In this document: piece after piece, positions 1 to 11,011 of the stretch
How positions within the stretch are numbered: position 1 is the stretch's first letter
How the letters are laid out: each line of letters opens with the position of its first letter
NCBI GenBank assembly: GCA_037130755.1
Contig: JBAXSI010000001.1
Location: forward strand, 75,156-139,155
DNA from: Actinomycetes bacterium
GTDB lineage: Bacteria > Actinomycetota > Actinomycetes > S36-B12
Direction of reading: 5' to 3'
Length of the DNA stretch: 64,000 nucleotides
Position numbers and translations under genes: made by a program
Notes under the pieces: generated by a model
Seen by the model: only the letters and a program-made list of their open reading frames with translations
Database searches by the model: none
Told to the model about the DNA's origin: nothing

Positions 1-3000
1 CGTGGGCGCGGGTCCCTGCGCGACGCCCTGTCCAAGCGGGTTGTCGTGGCCGACGGAGCGATGGGCACCATGCTCCAGGCCGCGGATCCGTCCCTTGACG
101 ACTTCCAGGGCTACGAGGGCTGCAACGAGATCCTCAACGTCACGCGTCCCGAGCTCGTGGCCAGCGTCCACGACGCGTACTTCGCGGTCGGCGTGGACTG
201 CGTCGAGACCAACACCTTCGGGGCCAACCTCGCCAACCTCGGCGAGTACGACATCCCCGAGCGCATCTTCGAGCTTGCCCAGGCCGGCGCGGCGATCGCA
301 CGCCAGGTAGCCGACGACTGGACGGCGCCCGGGCATCCACGGTGGGTCCTCGGCTCCGTCGGCCCCGGCACGAAGCTGCCCAGCCTCGGACACTCGCCGT
401 ACGCCGTCCTCCGCGACGCGTACCAGCAGCAGGTCGCCGGACTCGTCGCAGGCGGAGCCGATGCGATCCTCATCGAAACCTCGCAGGACCTGCTCCAGGC
501 GAAGGCGGCCATCATCGGCGCCCGACGCGCGCTGCGCGAGGCCGGCGCGGACCTGCCGGTGTTCGCCCAGGTCACCGTCGAGACCACCGGGACGATGCTG
601 CTCGGAACGGAGATCGGCGCCGCCCTCACTGCGCTCGAGCCGCTGGGCATCGACCTGATCGGTCTCAACTGCGCCACGGGCCCGAGCGAGATGAGCGAGC
701 ACCTGCGCACCCTCAGCAAGACCGCGATAGTCGGCATCTCCTGCATGCCGAACGCCGGACTGCCGGTGCTGACGTCGGCCGGCGCGCACTACCCGCTCAG
801 CCCCGCCGAGCTCGCCGATGCCCATGACACCTTCACGCGCGACTTCGGCCTGAGCCTCGTCGGCGGCTGCTGCGGAACGACCCCTGAGCACCTCAAGCAC
901 GTCGTGGATCGTGTCCGCGGGCGCGACATCACGCCGCGCCGACCGCACCACGAGGCTGCCGCAGCGTCGCTGTACCAAGCAGTACCGTTCCGTCAGGACA
1001 CCGCCTACCTGTCGATCGGCGAGCGCACCAACGCCAACGGGTCCAAGGCGTTCCGCGACGCGATGCTGGCCGAGAAGTGGGACGACTGCATCGAGATCGC
1101 ACGGGACCAGATCCGCGACGGGGCCCACCTCCTCGATCTCTGCGTCGACTACGTCGGTCGCGACGGCGTCGCGGACATGCGCGAACTGGCCGGCCGACTC
1201 GCGACCGCGTCCACCCTGCCGATCGTGCTGGACTCGACTGAGCCCAACGTGCTCGTCGCCGGGCTGGAGATGCTCGGCGGCCGGGCCGTCATCAACTCGG
1301 TCAACTACGAGGACGGCGACGGCCCCGACTCCCGCATGAGCCGGATCATGCCCATCGTCATGGAGCACGGCGCCGGCGTCGTCGCCCTGACCATCGACGA
1401 GGAGGGCCAGGCCCGGACCACCGAGTGGAAGGTCCGCGTCGCGGACCGCCTGATCAGGGACCTGCGCGATCGGTGGGGCATGTCGGTCGGCGACATCCTC
1501 GTCGACACGCTCACCTTCCCCATCGCCACCGGCCAGGAGGAGACGCGCCGCGACGGCATCGAGACCCTCGAGGCGATCAAGCAGCTCAAGACCCTCTACC
1601 CCGACGTCCAGACCACGCTCGGCGTCTCGAACGTCTCGTTCGGTCTGAATCCGGCTGCCCGACAGGTCCTCAACTCGGTCTTCCTCCACGAGGCGATCAA
1701 CGCCGGCCTCGACTCGGCCATCGTTCATGCCTCGAAGATCCTCCCGATGTCGAAGATCCAGGACGAGCAGCGTCATGTCGCACTTGATCTCGTCTACGAC
1801 CGACGGACCTTCGACGACGACGGCAACTGCACGTACGACCCGCTGCAGGTGTTCCTCGGGCTCTTCGATGGTGTCGAGGCGCGTTCGCTCAACGCCTCGA
1901 AGGCCGAGGAGCTCGCTGCTCTTCCGCTCTTCGAGCGCCTGCAGCGCCGCATCGTCGACGGCGAGAAGCAGGGCCTCGAGGCCGATCTCGATGCCGCGCT
2001 CGCTGACCGACCGGCCCTCGAGATCATCAACGACACCCTGCTCGCCGGCATGAAGGTCGTGGGCGAGCTCTTCGCGTCCGGCGAGATGCAGCTGCCGTTC
2101 GTGCTCCAGAGCGCCGAGGTCATGAAGACCGCCGTGGCGTACCTCGAGCCGCACATGGAGAAGACCGACGAGGCCGGCAAGGGCACCATCGTCCTGGCCA
2201 CGGTCAAGGGCGACGTGCATGACATCGGCAAGAACCTCGTCGACATCATCCTGAGCAACAACGGCTACACCGTCGTGAACATCGGCATCAAGCAGCCGAT
2301 CAGTGCCATCCTCGAGGCCGCCGAGACCAGCAACGCGGACGTCATCGGGATGAGCGGACTCCTGGTCAAGAGCACCGTCATCATGCGCGAGAACCTCCAG
2401 GAGATGAACTCCCGCAAGGTGTCGGCCAGGCTCCCCGTGGTGCTGGGCGGAGCAGCCCTCACCAGGTCCTTCGTCGAGCAGGACCTCGCCGACATCTACG
2501 AGGGCGAAGTCCGCTACGCCCGCGACGCCTTCGAGGGCCTGCGCCTGATGGACGCCTACATGGCCGTCAAGCGCGGCGTGCCGGGCGCAGTCCTGCCCGA
2601 ACGCCGGGTGCGACGCGTCACCACCGCTGCCCGTCCCACCATGACCGACGAGGCCGACATGCCGTCCCGGTCCGACGTCGCCATCGACGTCCAGATCCCC
2701 ACCCCGCCGTTCTGGGGCGACCGCATCGTCAAGGGCGTCTCACTCGCGGAGTACGTGCCATTCCTGGACGAGCGCGCCCTGTTCCTCGGCCAGTGGGGCC
2801 TCAAGGCCGCCAGGGGCGACGGACCGTCATACGAGGAGCTCGTCGAGACGGAGGGCCGACCGCGACTGCGTCACTGGCTCGACCGCATCCAGACCGAGGG
2901 CATGATCGAGCCGGCGGTCGTCTACGGCTACTTCCCCTGCTACTCCGAGGGCAACGACCTTGTCATCGTGAACGGCGTCGACGACCCCAGCGAGCGCGTC

Positions 3001-3495
3001 CGCTTTCCCTTCCCGCGACAGCGTCGTGATCGGCATCTGTGCCTGTCGGACTTCTTCCGGCCCAAGGAGTCCGGCGAGCTCGACGTCGTCGCCTTCCACA
3101 TCGTCACGATGGGCCAAGCGGCATCCAAAGCCACGGCTGAGCTCTTCGCGGCGGACTCCTACCGCGACTACCTTGAGCTCCACGGCCTGTCGGTGCAGCT
3201 GACCGAGGCGCTGGCCGAGTACTGGCACGCGCGGGTTCGCGAGGAGCTCGGGCTCGCCGCCATGGACAGCACCGACATGGACTACCTCATCGCGAAGCAG
3301 GGCTACCGCGGGTCGCGCTACTCGTTCGGGTACCCGGCTTGCCCGGACCTCGAGCAGCAGGTCCAGCTCATGGAGCTTCTCGACCCCGGACGCATCGACG
3401 TCACCTTGTCCGAGGAGTTCCAGCTCCACCCGGAGCAGTCGACGAGCGCGATCATCGCTCACCATCCTGAAGCCAAGTACTTCAACGCCACGTGA
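1..3495 (+). CDS. metH: Cobalamin-dependent methionine synthase (5' end runs off the window)
   Basis: 1149-aa ORF 46..3495. The frame stays open back to nt 1 (RGRGSLRDALSKRVVVADGAMGTMLQ), so the true start is upstream. Homocysteine-binding, pterin-binding (GERTNANGS), B12-binding (GDVHDIGKN = DxHxxG) and AdoMet-activation modules occur in canonical order. Confidence 0.95.
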   Translation, partial: RGRGSLRDALSKRVVVADGAMGTMLQAADPSLDDFQGYEGCNEILNVTRPELVASVHDAYFAVGVDCVETNTFGANLANLGEYDIPERIFELAQAGAAIARQVADDWTAPGHPRWVLGSVGPGTKLPSLGHSPYAVLRDAYQQQVAGLVAGGADAILIETSQDLLQAKAAIIGARRALREAGADLPVFAQVTVETTGTMLLGTEIGAALTALEPLGIDLIGLNCATGPSEMSEHLRTLSKTAIVGISCMPNAGLPVLTSAGAHYPLSPAELADAHDTFTRDFGLSLVGGCCGTTPEHLKHVVDRVRGRDITPRRPHHEAAAASLYQAVPFRQDTAYLSIGERTNANGSKAFRDAMLAEKWDDCIEIARDQIRDGAHLLDLCVDYVGRDGVADMRELAGRLATASTLPIVLDSTEPNVLVAGLEMLGGRAVINSVNYEDGDGPDSRMSRIMPIVMEHGAGVVALTIDEEGQARTTEWKVRVADRLIRDLRDRWGMSVGDILVDTLTFPIATGQEETRRDGIETLEAIKQLKTLYPDVQTTLGVSNVSFGLNPAARQVLNSVFLHEAINAGLDSAIVHASKILPMSKIQDEQRHVALDLVYDRRTFDDDGNCTYDPLQVFLGLFDGVEARSLNASKAEELAALPLFERLQRRIVDGEKQGLEADLDAALADRPALEIINDTLLAGMKVVGELFASGEMQLPFVLQSAEVMKTAVAYLEPHMEKTDEAGKGTIVLATVKGDVHDIGKNLVDIILSNNGYTVVNIGIKQPISAILEAAETSNADVIGMSGLLVKSTVIMRENLQEMNSRKVSARLPVVLGGAALTRSFVEQDLADIYEGEVRYARDAFEGLRLMDAYMAVKRGVPGAVLPERRVRRVTTAARPTMTDEADMPSRSDVAIDVQIPTPPFWGDRIVKGVSLAEYVPFLDERALFLGQWGLKAARGDGPSYEELVETEGRPRLRHWLDRIQTEGMIEPAVVYGYFPCYSEGNDLVIVNGVDDPSERVRFPFPRQRRDRHLCLSDFFRPKESGELDVVAFHIVTMGQAASKATAELFAADSYRDYLELHGLSVQLTEALAEYWHARVREELGLAAMDSTDMDYLIAKQGYRGSRYSFGYPACPDLEQQVQLMELLDPGRIDVTLSEEFQLHPEQSTSAIIAHHPEAKYFNAT

Positions 3496-3501
3496 TCTGA
3501 C

Positions 3502-4170
3502 GTGACCTCCTCGCCCGCCGCGATCCTCTTCGACATGGACGGCACCCTCATCGACAGCGAGGGCCTCTGGCTGAAGGCCGAGATCACGGTGATGTCCGAG
3601 CTGGGCGCCACCTGGACCGACGAAGACCAGGCCTACTGCCTGGGCGGACCGTTGGAGCGGGTCGTTGACTACATGCTCCAGCGGAGCGCGAGCCTGGAGC
3701 CGCCATCCTTCGTGATGGACCGCCTTCTTGACACCATGGAGGAGTACTTCCGGCAGAGCCCGCTTTCCTGGCGTCCGGGCGCCCGCGGACTGCTCGCCGA
3801 GGCACGTCATCGCGGCGTGCCCACAGCATTGGTCTCGGCATCCTGGAACCGCCTGATCGACGCGGTCAGCGCCAAGATCGACGACGATCTCGGAATGCGG
3901 GCGTTCGACGTCGTCGTCGCCGGGGACGACGTCGCCAACAGCAAACCGCACCCGGAGCCGTACCTGACCGCCGCCGAGCTGCTCGGTGTCTTGCCGCGTG
4001 AATGCCTGGCCCTGGAGGACTCGCCCACGGGGGTCGAGTCGGCGATGGCCGCCGGCTGCCGGGTCATTGCGATCCCGCACATCGCCGATGTCGACGCCCG
4101 CCGAGCCCTGGTCGTCGACACGCTCGAGGGCTGGTCGGTCGACGAACTCTGGGCCGCGGCTCCCGCCTGA
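3502..4170 (+). CDS. HAD-superfamily hydrolase (phosphatase, subfamily IA-like)
   Basis: 222 aa. Motif I is FDMDGTLIDSE. A late GDDVANSKPHPEPY and EDSPTGVESAMAAG are typical of beta-phosphoglucomutase-like HAD proteins. Confidence 0.8.
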   Translation: MTSSPAAILFDMDGTLIDSEGLWLKAEITVMSELGATWTDEDQAYCLGGPLERVVDYMLQRSASLEPPSFVMDRLLDTMEEYFRQSPLSWRPGARGLLAEARHRGVPTALVSASWNRLIDAVSAKIDDDLGMRAFDVVVAGDDVANSKPHPEPYLTAAELLGVLPRECLALEDSPTGVESAMAAGCRVIAIPHIADVDARRALVVDTLEGWSVDELWAAAPA

Positions 4171-4174
4171 CGGA

Positions 4175-5014
4175 CTAGTCGACGGGCTGTGCCTCGACAC
4201 GTGAACTGGTGGGCCAGTCCTGCCGCGCAGGCAGCGGTGGGGGAGTGCCGCCCCAGGCCGGGCACAGCGCCCGGTGGCTGCACCAATCGCACAGCCGCGA
4301 GGGCGACGGGTCGAACGCCGACGCGTCGGCCGCGCGCGAGATGGCATCGCGGAGGGCGAGCACCTTGCGCTCGGTCGATCGCAGGTCGTCGGCGTCCGGC
4401 TCGTAGCGCAGCACCTCCGAGTTGCCCAGGTACATCAACTGCAGGAGCCGCGGGACGTCGCCGGTCATGCGCCACCACACCAGCGCGTAGAAGCGCATCT
4501 GGAACATGGCCTTGGTCTCGAAGCCCGGACCGGGTGAGCGTCCGGTCTTGTAGTCGACGATGCGCACATCGCCGCCGGGGGACAGGTCCACCCGGTCGAT
4601 GAAGCCGCGCGCCTCGAACGACGGTTCGAGCTGCACGGACACGCCGAGCTCACGTGCATGCGGCTCGAGCCGGCGAGGGTCCTCGAGGCCGAAGTACGAG
4701 TCGATCAGTGCGGCCACCTCGGGTCCGCCGACCTGCTCGCGCACAATGTCGGCCGACTCGGCCGAGTCGCGCTCCAGCTCGCTGAAGGCGCGTCCGACGA
4801 GCGTCGCGACGGCGGCGGGCGTGCGCTCGCTGGCGGGCAGGTCATACAGGGTCTCGAGGGCGCGATGGATCAAAGAGCCGCGAATCGCAGCGACGGACGG
4901 CTCCTCGGGCAGTCGGTCGATCGACCGGAAGCGGAAGAGCAGCGGACACGTCATGAAGTCCGAGGCGCGCGACGGCGACAGCGAGGATGGGAACGGAAGA
5001 TCCAGCGCTGACAT
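4175..5014 (-). CDS. PD-(D/E)XK (RecB/Cas4-like) nuclease with Fe-S cysteines
   Basis: 279 aa. One N-terminal Cys (FMTCPLLFRF) plus C-terminal CDWCSHRALC (CX2CX5C) match the AddB/Cas4-type 4Fe-4S arrangement. IVDYKTG core motif. It sits beside trmI, as in other actinobacteria. Confidence 0.75.
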   Translation of the reverse strand: MSALDLPFPSSLSPSRASDFMTCPLLFRFRSIDRLPEEPSVAAIRGSLIHRALETLYDLPASERTPAAVATLVGRAFSELERDSAESADIVREQVGGPEVAALIDSYFGLEDPRRLEPHARELGVSVQLEPSFEARGFIDRVDLSPGGDVRIVDYKTGRSPGPGFETKAMFQMRFYALVWWRMTGDVPRLLQLMYLGNSEVLRYEPDADDLRSTERKVLALRDAISRAADASAFDPSPSRLCDWCSHRALCPAWGGTPPPLPARQDWPTSSRVEAQPVD

Positions 5015-5056
5015 GCCCGCAGCCTATTCACCGGGGCTGACGGATAGCCTTCGATC

Positions 5057-5980
5057 GTGACAGCCGACGAAGAGCCGAACCCTGCCATCTGGCGGCGAAC
5101 CGGCCCCTTCGTCGAGGGCGACCACGTCCAGTTGACCGACGCCAAGGGCCGAATGCACACGATCAGGCTGCAGTCGGGGCAGATCTTCCACACCAATCGC
5201 GGCGGATTCCCTCACGACGACGTCATCGGCCTGCCCCAGGGCAGTGTCGTCCGGTCGGCCAACGGGACGCCGTACATCGCGCTACGACCCCTCCTCGATG
5301 ACTTCGTCCTGTCGATGCCACGTGGGGCGCAGGTGATCTACCCCAAGGACGCGGCGCGCATCGTCGGTCTCCTGAGCCTTGGCCCGGGGGCGCGGGTCGC
5401 TGAGGCCGGCGTGGGCTCTGGTGCGATGACCTGCTCCCTCCTGCGCGCGGTAGGCCCGACGGGGCACGTCTACAGCTACGAGCTGCGCGAGGAGTTCGCC
5501 GAGGTGGCCGAGAAGAACGTCGACAAGTGGTTCGGCTCCCGGCCGGACTCCTGGACGCTCCGCCACGGCGACATGGGCACGGACCTTGCCGAGCGGGACC
5601 TGGACGGGGTCGTCCTCGACATGCTCGCCCCGTGGGACTGCGTCGACTCGGTCGGGACGGCCCTCGCGCCCGGAGGGGTGCTGGTCGGGTACGTCGCCAC
5701 GACGACCCAGCTGTCGCGACTGGTCGAGACCCTCCGCGTGGCCGGCGGCTGGACCGAGCCCCGTGCCGAGGAGTCCTTGATGCGGACCTGGCACCTCGAG
5801 GGCCTGTCGGTCCGCCCGGACCACAAGATGAACGGGCACACCGCCTTCCTCGTCACGGCGCGCCGACTGGCGCCGGGCGTGAACGTGCCCCCGCGCCGGC
5901 GCCGGCCCGCCAAGGAGGCCTACGGCGACGACTACACCGGCCCTCGACCCCCTGATGAGGCCTTCGAGCCCGACGAGTGA
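5057..5980 (+). CDS. trmI: tRNA (adenine58-N1)-methyltransferase
   Basis: 307 aa. GAQVIYPKDAARIV and the AdoMet motif VAEAGVGSGAMT. Conserved position upstream of the proteasome ATPase. Confidence 0.85.
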   Translation: MTADEEPNPAIWRRTGPFVEGDHVQLTDAKGRMHTIRLQSGQIFHTNRGGFPHDDVIGLPQGSVVRSANGTPYIALRPLLDDFVLSMPRGAQVIYPKDAARIVGLLSLGPGARVAEAGVGSGAMTCSLLRAVGPTGHVYSYELREEFAEVAEKNVDKWFGSRPDSWTLRHGDMGTDLAERDLDGVVLDMLAPWDCVDSVGTALAPGGVLVGYVATTTQLSRLVETLRVAGGWTEPRAEESLMRTWHLEGLSVRPDHKMNGHTAFLVTARRLAPGVNVPPRRRRPAKEAYGDDYTGPRPPDEAFEPDE

Positions 5981-6047
5981 TCCGTGTCCGGACGGCATAA
6001 CGCCGCGACCGGGTTAAGGTGGCGACGAGCACTCACCAGGAGGCGAG

Positions 6048-7709
6048 ATGTCCGAATCGGAAGGCCTGCTGTCGCGGGTCCACACGCTGGAGTCCGCCCT
6101 CAGCGAGGTGCGCGGCGAACTGGCCGCCCAGAAGGACCACAACCAGCGCCTCATCAGCACCCTGCGCGATGCCCGCGAGCAGATCGTCACCCTCAAGGCC
6201 GAGGTCGACCGCCTGGCCGAGCCGCCGAGCGGCTTCGGCACCTTCCTCGAGGCGCACGATGACGGCACCGCCGACATCGTCTCCGCCGGTCGCAAGCTGC
6301 GCGTCGCCGTCAGTCCGACCATCGATGCCGACGACCTGCGCCCGGGACGCGAGGTCATGCTCAACGAGTCGATGAATGTGATCTCGGTTCGCGCCTTCGA
6401 GGACATCGGCGAGATCGTGACGTTCAAGGAGTTCCTCGACGACGGGTCCCGAGCGCTGGTGCTCGGCCACACCGACGAGGAGCGCGTGGTTCGCGTGGCA
6501 CAGCCGCTGCGCGAGATGCGCGTCCGAGCAGGCGACTCACTGCTGTGCGACGTCCGCGCCGGCTACGTCTACGAGCGGATCCCGAAGTCCGAGGTGGAGG
6601 AGCTCGTCCTCGAGGAGGTCCCGGACATCCGCTACGAGGACATCGGCGGCCTCGGTGAGCAGATCGAGGCGATCCGCGATGCCGTCGAACTGCCCTTCAT
6701 GCACCCCGAGCTGTACGCCGAGCACGAGTTGAAGGCACCCAAGGGGATCCTGCTGTACGGGCCGCCCGGCTGCGGCAAGACGCTGATCGCGAAGGCCGTG
6801 GCGAACTCCCTGGCGAAGAAGGTGGCCGAGCGCACCGGTCGCGAGGAGGGCAAGTCGTACTTCCTCAACATCAAGGGCCCGGAGCTTCTGAACAAGTACG
6901 TGGGCGAGACCGAGCGCCACATCCGTCTGGTGTTCCAGCGGGCCCGTGAGAAGGCATCCGAGGGCATGCCCGTCATCGTGTTCTTCGACGAGATGGACTC
7001 GCTGTTCCGCACCCGTGGCAGCGGTGTCTCCTCCGACGTCGAGAACACGATCGTCCCGCAGCTGCTCAGCGAGATCGACGGCGTCGAGCGCCTCGAGAAC
7101 GTCATCGTGATCGGGGCGTCGAACCGCGAGGACATGATCGATCCGGCGATCCTGCGACCCGGCCGCCTGGACGTGAAGATCAAGATCGAACGGCCGGACG
7201 CCGAGGCCGCGCGAGACATCTTCACCAAGTACCTCGTCGCCACGTTGCCCCTGCATCGCGACGATCTCGCCGAGTACGGGGAGGACCCCGAGGCGGCATG
7301 CCGGGCGATGATCCTGCGCGCCGTGGAGCGCATGTACGCGGAGACCGAGGAGAACCAGTTCCTCGAGGTGACGTACGCCAACGGCGACAAGGAGATCCTC
7401 TACTTCAAGGACTTCAACTCCGGCGCCATGATCGAGAACATCGTCGCCCGTGCGAAGAAGAGCGCCATCAAGGACTTCCTCGACACAGGTCAAAAGGGCA
7501 TCCGTGTCCAGCACGTCCTCTCCGCGTGCATCGATGAGTTCCGCGAGAACGAGGACCTCCCGAACACCACCAACCCCGACGACTGGGCGCGCATCTCTGG
7601 CAAGAAGGGTGAGCGCATCGTCTTCATCCGCACCCTGATCCAGGGCAAGAAGGGCTCCGAGCCGGGCCGCTCGATCGAGAACGTGGCCAACACCGGCCAG
7701 TACCTCTAG
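6048..7709 (+). CDS. mpa: Proteasome-associated AAA ATPase (Mpa/ARC)
   Basis: 553 aa. N-terminal coiled coil, Walker A GPPGCGKT, Walker [10 protein letters not shown], and the characteristic C-terminal GQYL. AGGAGG lies 8 nt upstream of the ATG. Confidence 0.95.
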   Translation: MSESEGLLSRVHTLESALSEVRGELAAQKDHNQRLISTLRDAREQIVTLKAEVDRLAEPPSGFGTFLEAHDDGTADIVSAGRKLRVAVSPTIDADDLRPGREVMLNESMNVISVRAFEDIGEIVTFKEFLDDGSRALVLGHTDEERVVRVAQPLREMRVRAGDSLLCDVRAGYVYERIPKSEVEELVLEEVPDIRYEDIGGLGEQIEAIRDAVELPFMHPELYAEHELKAPKGILLYGPPGCGKTLIAKAVANSLAKKVAERTGREEGKSYFLNIKGPELLNKYVGETERHIRLVFQRAREKASEGMPVIVFFDEMDSLFRTRGSGVSSDVENTIVPQLLSEIDGVERLENVIVIGASNREDMIDPAILRPGRLDVKIKIERPDAEAARDIFTKYLVATLPLHRDDLAEYGEDPEAACRAMILRAVERMYAETEENQFLEVTYANGDKEILYFKDFNSGAMIENIVARAKKSAIKDFLDTGQKGIRVQHVLSACIDEFRENEDLPNTTNPDDWARISGKKGERIVFIRTLIQGKKGSEPGRSIENVANTGQYL

Positions 7710-7746
7710 TGCGGCCCGGTCCCAGTCAGCGCGAAATGACCCGCAC

Positions 7747-9276
7747 GTGAGCGTTCACCGCGTGATGGGGATCGAGACCGAGTACGGCATCTCAGTGCCT
7801 GGGCATCCGACCATGAACGCGATGGTCGCAAGCTCCCAGATCGTCAACGCCTACGGGCAGTGGGCACTTCGCGGGGCACGTCGGCGCACCAACTGGGACT
7901 ACGACGTCGAGACCCCGCTTCGGGACGCCCGCGGCTTCGACATGTCGCGAGCCGAGGCTGATCCGAGCCAACTGACCGACGACGACCTCGGGATGGCCAA
8001 CGTCATCCTCACCAACGGGGCGCGACTGTATGTCGACCACGCGCATCCGGAGTACTCCACGCCTGAGGTCACTAATCCCCGCGACGCCGTCCTGTGGGAT
8101 CGGGCCGGCGTCCAGATCATGCGGGAGGCCATGCGGCGCGCGGCAGGCATCCCCGAGGCGAGCCCGATCCTGCTCTACAAGAACAACACCGACAACAAGG
8201 GTGCCTCCTACGGCTGTCACGAGAACTACCTCATGCGGCGGGCCACGCCTTTCGCCGACATCGTGCGTCACCTGACCCCGTTCTTCATCTCCCGCCAGGT
8301 GTTCACCGGCGCAGGGCGCCTCGGGGTGGGGCAGGAGGGCCGCAAAGTCGCGTACCAGCTCACGCAGCGGGCGGACTTCTTCGAGGTGGAGGTCGGCCTG
8401 GAGACCACCCTGAAACGTCCGATCATCAACACGCGCGACGAGCCGCACGCGGACCCCGAGCGGTTCCGTCGCCTCCACGTCATCGTTGGCGACGCCAACC
8501 TCAGCGACACGGCGACCTACCTGAAGATGGGGACCACCGCGATCGTCCTGGCGATGATCGAGGAGGAGGCGCTCACGGGTGTCGACTGGTGGCCGGAGAA
8601 GGCAGTCGCCGAGATGCACGCGGTGTCGCACGACACGACGCTGCGGCACATCATCACCCTGCACAGCGGCCGTCGCCTGTCTGCGCTGCAGCTTCAGGGG
8701 GAGATCCTCGAGCGGGCGAGGCGGTTCTGCCAGGCCGAACGGCACGCCCCGTTCGACGACGAGACCCGGCACGTGCTCGACGAGTGGGAGCGCGTCCTGA
8801 CGGCGCTGGAGACCGACCCCGCGCTGCTCGTGACCGAGTTGGACTGGGTCGCCAAGCAAGCCCTCATGGACGGGTTCGTCAAGCGCGACGGCCTGGACTG
8901 GGAGAGCCCGCGGCTCCAGCTCATCGACCTCCAGTACTCCGACATCCGTCCCGAGAAGGGACTGGCGGCCCGCCTTGAGGAGCGGGGCCGCCTCACCCGG
9001 ATGTTCACCGACGAACAGGTCGCCCACGCCGTGGGCCGGCCGCCGGAGGACACCCGGGCGTACTTCCGAGGGGAGTGCATCCGCCGCTATCCGGACGCGA
9101 TTGCCGCCGCCTCCTGGGACTCCGTCGTGTTCGACGTGCCCGGAACCGAGGCGCTCATGCGGGTCCCGACCCTCGAGCCGCTCCGCGGGACGCGCGCCCA
9201 CGTCGAGGGCCTGCTCGATGCCGCGCCGGACGTAACGGCCCTGATCGACCAACTCACGTCGGGCAACGGGAGATAG
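7747..9276 (+). CDS. dop: Pup deamidase/depupylase
   Basis: 509 aa. VMGIETEYGIS start and a glutamine-synthetase-like Dop/PafA fold. It lies immediately upstream of pup, the Dop position. Confidence 0.9.
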   Translation: MSVHRVMGIETEYGISVPGHPTMNAMVASSQIVNAYGQWALRGARRRTNWDYDVETPLRDARGFDMSRAEADPSQLTDDDLGMANVILTNGARLYVDHAHPEYSTPEVTNPRDAVLWDRAGVQIMREAMRRAAGIPEASPILLYKNNTDNKGASYGCHENYLMRRATPFADIVRHLTPFFISRQVFTGAGRLGVGQEGRKVAYQLTQRADFFEVEVGLETTLKRPIINTRDEPHADPERFRRLHVIVGDANLSDTATYLKMGTTAIVLAMIEEEALTGVDWWPEKAVAEMHAVSHDTTLRHIITLHSGRRLSALQLQGEILERARRFCQAERHAPFDDETRHVLDEWERVLTALETDPALLVTELDWVAKQALMDGFVKRDGLDWESPRLQLIDLQYSDIRPEKGLAARLEERGRLTRMFTDEQVAHAVGRPPEDTRAYFRGECIRRYPDAIAAASWDSVVFDVPGTEALMRVPTLEPLRGTRAHVEGLLDAAPDVTALIDQLTSGNGR

Positions 9277-9285
9277 CCTTCCCCC

Positions 9286-9483
9286 ATGCCGCAACGTGAG
9301 TCCGCAGACCATCGCAAGGTCGAGCGCGAGGTTGAGGTCGAGGAGGAGACGGCCGCCATCGTCGACTCGACGCCATCCGAGCTCGACTCCGACGTCGACT
9401 CCATCCTCGACGAGATCGACAGTGTCCTCGAGGAGAACGCTGAGGACTTCGTGAAGTCCTTCGTCCAGAAGGGCGGCCAGTGA
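9286..9483 (+). CDS. pup: Prokaryotic ubiquitin-like protein Pup
   Basis: 65 aa, acidic and disordered-looking, ending FVQKGGQ. Its stop overlaps the prcB start (GTGA). Confidence 0.95.
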   Translation: MPQRESADHRKVEREVEVEEETAAIVDSTPSELDSDVDSILDEIDSVLEENAEDFVKSFVQKGGQ

Positions 9484-10316
9484 GCTCACCCCTCGGCCTG
9501 CCGGACCCCTATCGCGCGACCGGGACGGCTTCCTTCGTTGACTTCCTCGCCGCCCTGCATCCGGAGCGCCTGCCTAGGCTCGACGCATCGCCGTCCACGC
9601 CGCTCGCGCCGCATGGCACGACGATCGTCGCCCTGCGCACGGCCGACGGGGCCGTCATGGCAGGGGACCGGCGCGCGACCATGGGGAACCTCATCGCGCA
9701 GAACGACATCGAGAAGGTCTTCGCCGCCGATGAGTACTCGGTCATCGGCATCGCTGGAACCGCCGGCCTGGCGGTCGAGCTGGTCCGGATCTTCCAGGTG
9801 GAACTCGAGCATTACGAGAAGATCGAGGGTGTCTCGCTGTCGATCGAGGGCAAGGCCAACCGGCTGGCGACGATGCTGCGTGGCAATCTGGGCCTGGCCA
9901 TGCAGGGCCTGGCAGTCGTGCCCTTGTTCGCCGGCTACGACGAGTCCCGCGACACCGGGCGGATCTTCTCCTACGACGTCACCGGCGGCCGGTACGAGGA
10001 GCACGACTTCTACGCGGTTGGATCAGGATCCAGCTTCGCGCGCGGATCACTGAAGAAGCTGTTCAGCCGCGATGCGTCCGCGGCCGACGCCGTGCGTGTC
10101 GCGGTCGAGGCCCTGTACGACGCCGCCGACGACGACAGCGCGACCGGCGGTCCCGACATGGCGCGTGGGATCTACCCCGTGGTCGCGGTCGTCGACTCCA
10201 GCGGAGTCCGGATCCTGTCCGACGACGAGCTCGCGCCGGTCGTGCGCACGATGGTCGATGCCCGGGTTGGCCGGCCGGACGGCCCCAGGGCCATGCCTGC
10301 GGGGGAGGCCTCATGA
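9480..10316 (+). CDS. prcB: 20S proteasome beta subunit
   Basis: 278 aa. Propeptide followed by HG/TTIVALR (catalytic Thr1 context). ATGA overlap with prcA. Confidence 0.95.
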   Translation: MSSPLGLPDPYRATGTASFVDFLAALHPERLPRLDASPSTPLAPHGTTIVALRTADGAVMAGDRRATMGNLIAQNDIEKVFAADEYSVIGIAGTAGLAVELVRIFQVELEHYEKIEGVSLSIEGKANRLATMLRGNLGLAMQGLAVVPLFAGYDESRDTGRIFSYDVTGGRYEEHDFYAVGSGSSFARGSLKKLFSRDASAADAVRVAVEALYDAADDDSATGGPDMARGIYPVVAVVDSSGVRILSDDELAPVVRTMVDARVGRPDGPRAMPAGEAS

Positions 10317-11005
10317 GCGTGCCGTTCTATGTCTCGCCCGAGCAGATCATGCGCGACAAGGCGGACTTCGCCCGCAAGGGCATCGCCCGCGGCCGCAGCG
10401 TGGTGGTGATGCAGTACGACGGCGGCATCGCCTTCGTCGCCGAGAACCCCTCCCGCGCACTCCACAAGATCAGCGAGCTGTACGACCGCATCGGGTTCGC
10501 CGCCGTGGGCAAGTACAACGAGTTCGAGTCGCTGCGGGTGGCCGGGGTACGCCTCGCTGACATGCGCGGCTACTCCTACGACCGCAGCGACGTGACGGGC
10601 CGCAGCCTTGCGAATGCCTACGCACAGACTCTCGGCACCATCTTCACCGAGACGGCGAAGCCCTTCGAGGTCGAGATCGTGGTGGCCGAGGTGGGCGCGA
10701 GCCCTGCCGACGACCAGCTCTACCGGCTGATGTTCGACGGCTCCGTCGCCGATGAGCACGGCTTCGTCGCGATGGGCGGCCAGGCTGAGCCGATCACCAC
10801 CGGGATGCAGGAGGGCTGGCACGACGGCCTCCATCTCGATCAGGCCGTCAAGCTCGCGCACGGGCTCCTGGAGCAGCACGGTGACGACGGGACTCGCACC
10901 CTGACCGCCGACCACCTGGAGGTGGCGATCCTCGACCGCGCCCGCGCGCGTCGCACCTTCCAGCGCGTCAACAGCGGTCGGCTTGCGGAGCTGCTGGCCG
11001 AGTAA
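10313..11005 (+). CDS. prcA: 20S proteasome alpha subunit
   Basis: 230 aa. [27 protein letters not shown]-terminus is typical of actinobacterial PrcA. Confidence 0.95.
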   Translation: MSVPFYVSPEQIMRDKADFARKGIARGRSVVVMQYDGGIAFVAENPSRALHKISELYDRIGFAAVGKYNEFESLRVAGVRLADMRGYSYDRSDVTGRSLANAYAQTLGTIFTETAKPFEVEIVVAEVGASPADDQLYRLMFDGSVADEHGFVAMGGQAEPITTGMQEGWHDGLHLDQAVKLAHGLLEQHGDDGTRTLTADHLEVAILDRARARRTFQRVNSGRLAELLAE

Positions 11006-11011
11006 GGCCCT

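Noticed and set aside
2827-4347. 506-aa minus-strand ORF spanning the end of metH and the HAD gene
   Set aside because: It is antisense to two well-supported genes and has an Arg/Pro/Gly-rich low-complexity translation with no recognisable motif. This is the typical stop-codon-poor antisense frame of high-GC DNA.
7792-9489. 565-aa minus-strand ORF opposite dop and pup
   Set aside because: It is fully antisense to strongly supported genes and its composition is an Arg/Gly/Val/Asp mirror of the sense codons. High-GC artefact.
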